A DNA stretch of 64,000 nt, from positions 342,542 through 406,541 of the forward strand of contig CM082583.2 in the NCBI GenBank assembly GCA_040954595.2, read 5' to 3'. This DNA comes from Balanoglossus misakiensis. Its lineage: Eukaryota > Animalia > Hemichordata. This document shows positions 60,561 through 64,000 of this stretch, piece by piece. The notes below the pieces were generated by a model. That model saw only the letters and a list, made by a program, of their open reading frames with translations. It had not been told where the DNA came from and made no database searches. The stretch's first letter is position 1, and the number at the start of each line of letters is the position of its first letter. A program made the translations under genes and the position numbers.

Positions 60561-62898
60561 CTTTTCTGACAGTAAAATACTTTCAATTTGCTTTTGAAGA
60601 TTTCAACATTCATCTACATTTTCCCCCCAATTTTGGGGGATCATTAATGAAGTCTTCGCAGTGGCTGTAACTGATGAGGTTTCCTGCGTATATCTCTTCA
60701 AGTCCAGCACAGTTTCATTTTATCACAGGAGCCATCCCAAGGAGAAAGGGGTCTTTATAAGGGTGGGGGATATTTATGACTATATGACCCGTTTCTGTTT
60801 GGGATCGCCCCCAGTACATTAGTCACTTTAGACTCAACTGTGTGCAGTGTTCAATAGTATGACTTTATTCTTTTTGTATTTTAATATGAAATTTAAGATT
60901 TTACGTTCACGTGACATTGTTTGAGATTTATTCTCATAGACATTAAGGTCCACTATGTGTTACATTTGACAAATTTTTCAGTACGTAATTTTGGTCTATT
61001 TATGCACCCCGATTTCTGGTATGCATAATCAGCATTGTTATTGTTAACAATTGTATTCAAGTCAATTGAATGCATTTGTCAATATTAACAATTCTGTACC
61101 AAAAATTACAGGTAGTTGCCCTTTAATTGTAAATGCTACATTTAGAACAGTGTAACACCAAACCTATTATGATTTATTGAGAACACTTTATTCATTCAGA
61201 GATGAAATATTAATTTTTGTCAGTTTTAGTTTAGACCTACAATACCAAATTTTGCTTGGTATTGTTAAACTTCCAACATTTTCTTTCTGTGAACCTGCTA
61301 TTTTGTGTAACAGATTAGCATCTTAACTTGAAAGTAGGGTTTTCAAAGAGGCATGAATTTAGAAATATAATTTTTTGTAAAGTTGGTGAATTACCTACGC
61401 TTTCCCAGAGTTTTTTCCCCTTATCCTGAAAAAAGGGTTTTATCTCTGGGTTTTGGTGCGGGGTAAATTTTCAGTTTATATATCATTCAAGTTTAGAATA
61501 AAGTACATGAGCCGCTTCTCATGTAAAATTGACATGTATTGTGTGTGTGTATGCTTTTGGATGTGGTAGCCTGCAGGCCAGGTGGCATGGCCATGGTGAC
61601 TACATGTGGAGTGGGTTGGGTCTTTGTATGTATGTGTTGAGAGTTAGGGGATTGTGTGTGTCAGTCAACAGTACGTGTAGAGAAGGTATACGGTCACCTA
61701 TGGAAATTTAGCTACAGTTACCACGTTAACTTGAGATCTAGCCAATCACGGATTTTCAGTGGGTGGCACATGCGAAAAAAAGAGCGCCGCCATATGTTAT
61801 TTAGAACCCGCAAATACTCTATTTCAGCCATATATGGGTGTATGTAAATTGGCGGTGACTGTATATCTTTAACTTGAAAATGGTAGCTTCTATCACAGTG
61901 ATAGTTGATGTGTAGATGTGATGTGGTGGTAGAATGTGAACTTGTTGACATGAAATTGTGAATCAAAATGGAGACCTAAAAGATGGGGAAATACATTAAA
62001 GCCTCTATAGCTGCCACTTTTTGCATTATTTTCACAATTTATTTTACTGAGGTATATGTGAACACTTTACCGATGCCCGATTATGGCTGTATGTAGCGAT
62101 TTGAAAATGCTATGTATTAAAACAGTTTAATCAGCCTCCATACAAACAGTACGCAGCTATCGTGGTATGCATCACCAAGAGATGACAAACTGATGCAAAT
62201 GCAAGTAATATGGCTTAATGGTGAGGATTTTAGAGGATAGGGAATATATTTGAAGTGTTTTACTGTGGAAGAAAATCCGTGAAATTTGGCAGCTCTAGGG
62301 GCTTTAAGCGGTTACCATCGACGCCAAGAAATGCTGAAAATCGCCCCTGATTTGCGTCTCTCTGGGGAATTTACGCCATAAATCGGTAGGATACATATTC
62401 ATGGTGGAATTTGTATGCATTGTGAAGGATTTTGTGGTCGAAAACTTCGGAAAATCATGCATTCTCGGGAGCGTGTGTCCGCGTGTTGCCTCCTTCAGAG
62501 TCAATTACACAATGAACGCCGCCATTTGGCTACCCCTATTTATAGGGGTATAAATAAGGGTAGCAACAACAATCCTGGATATAACAACAGGATATAACAA
62601 CAGGTGAAACAAACTGAACGCAGTTGTTGATAACATGCAGATTGAGCTGTCTCAAATCTTAGGGAGCATTCGTTTTTTACAGGGAGGGGGGGGGGGCGGT
62701 GAAATTTGAGTCGCCGACTAAATGTAAAAGGCACCCCCCCCCCCTCGAAATTACTTTTCTAAAATGTGCCCCCCCCCTAAATTCTTTAATTGTAAAATGT
62801 GACCCCCCCCAAAAAAAAGTTTATCCACCGGATTAAACTTATCAAACTTTGTCAGATATTGGTGTATGTTCGACATACCACATAATCAGCCATGAAAC

Positions 62899-64000
62899 CT
62901 AGTCTAAATAGTTCCTTGATTTCCAAGTAGTGCATTGTCTGCCTGATCTTGTTAGGCTGCATTCACAAACGCCTCTGGAGGGGGGGGGGACGGGAGAATT
63001 CAATTTTTTTACCGCTAATTTTCAAATCCCCCCTTCCGAACTGCCAAAATTTTGAAATCCCCCCCCCACCCATTTTCTTTCACAGAGCAAAACACATCAC
63101 CTATCTATCTTGTAGAAAAAAGAAAAAACAGCGCTCCCATGAAAAGAATTTGAAACTGATGTACCCCCTCACTGAACATTGTTTTTATTTTTAAGCATTT
63201 GTATTCTGTGTTGGGAGACATTGTAAACCGAGAATTGAAGGGAGTGGGATTGGGAGGGGGTATCCCCCTCCCACGTAAGAAAATTTTATAAAATACAGAG
63301 CTCAAAGCTGCATTTTAATGAACCCGGCAAAAGCAAATTAACTCAACTACCGGTATGTTGGGGAGGAGAAATTTAACCGTCGCCGCTCAAAGTTATCATG
63401 GGGTGGGGCAAATCCCCTGACCTGGGACACTAGATAAACCAGTCAATGATTGAAAGGTGCTGATGAATGGAGGGGGTGGGTAAAATAAAGGGCGCGAAAC
63501 TGCATTTTTATGGACTCAAAATAAATATTTTGTCGTCAAAGTTTTCAAGTCCCCCCCTTTCAGTCCCTAAATTATTTCAAATCCCCCCTTACATACCCTC
63601 AATTTTTTCAACCCCCCCCCTCAATTCTCCTGCCCCCCCCTCCAGAGGTGTTTGTGAATGCAGCCTTACGTGAAAGAGTTCACTTTCAATGTCGCCGCTA
63701 TCACTTTCTGAGTCACTTTCCTCTGAATCACCTAGTTCACCTATCACTTCATGCTCATCTTCTGGTTCACTGTCCTCATCCAAGTCATCCTCTTCATCCT
63801 CCTGCTCATCCTCCTCTTTGTCCCTCTCATGGTTTACTCTGAGACTTTCCAGAGTTGTTTGACACAGTTTCCGGCCAATGTGCGCTTCAACTATTTTCAG
63901 TTTGTCTTTTTTTCAGCATCTTTTTCTCTGTTGTCAATTTATGTATGTTCATGTACATGTCTAGGTCAGAAACTTTCAGCTCACATAGTTCACTGTTTCT
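62899..64000 (-). pseudogene. C-terminus of a SAP/HeH-like plus acidic-tract protein, split by a MITE and a +1 frameshift
   Basis: ELCELKVSDLDMYMNIHKLTTEKKMLKK/DKLKIVEAHIG...EDEEDDLDEDSE...ESELFHV|MITE|TRSGRQCTTWKSRNYLD*. The frame is restored by removing the MITE plus one TSD and one base of the T7 run at 63907-63913. Confidence 0.65.
62955..63665. mobile_element. MITE with TTA TSD (PIF/Harbinger- or Zator-type)
   Basis: TTA-GGCTGCATTCACAAACGCCTCTGGAGGGGGGG ... CCCCCCCTCCAGAGGTGTTTGTGAATGCAGCC-TTA. Confidence 0.92.

Larger units (their letters stand above)
62662..64000 (-). mobile_element. Terminus of a longer TWA-TSD DNA transposon (continues beyond the window)
   Basis: TTA-GGGAGCATTCGTTTTTTACAGGGAG and about 180 bp shared with MITE 21923-22546, followed by the 3' end of a coding region. 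Confidence 0.65.

Noticed and set aside
60600-62650. Short ORFs and a CpG-richer patch as a gene start
   Set aside because: No recognisable domain or consistent exon chain; insufficient evidence.

Overview
AT-rich metazoan genomic DNA (spliceosomal exons, LINEs, DNA transposons, microsatellites; a marine invertebrate is my inference). There are no prokaryotic features, RNA genes or CRISPR arrays. 1-17.5 kb holds a minus-strand, frame-disrupted MED25-like gene fragment (vWA exon, low-complexity exons, first ACID/PTOV exon). Its last exon sits in a 2,185-bp tandem triplication with a calcium-binding EGF exon. Two inverted copies of a piggyBac deletion derivative lie in this region, one carrying a nested Helentron/DINE-like element. 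18.5-23.4 kb holds MITEs and decayed PH-like and WD40-like coding remnants. 23.4-46.7 kb contains three clusters of non-autonomous Helentron-type (HINE/DINE-1-like) elements plus a long L2/CR1-group LINE ORF. The clusters are Russian-doll nests, not simple tandem arrays: stacked 5' hairpin heads are followed by bodies and tails in last-in-first-out order, implying self-targeted insertion just behind the element's own head. This is the most striking structure in the window. 47-60.6 kb holds several tandem arrays, some with repeated splice-site-bounded units (possible lncRNA), and a second truncated LINE. 62.6-64 kb is the end of a TWA-TSD DNA transposon with a SAP-like/acidic ORF interrupted by a MITE. 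All family assignments come from recalled motifs; no searches were run.
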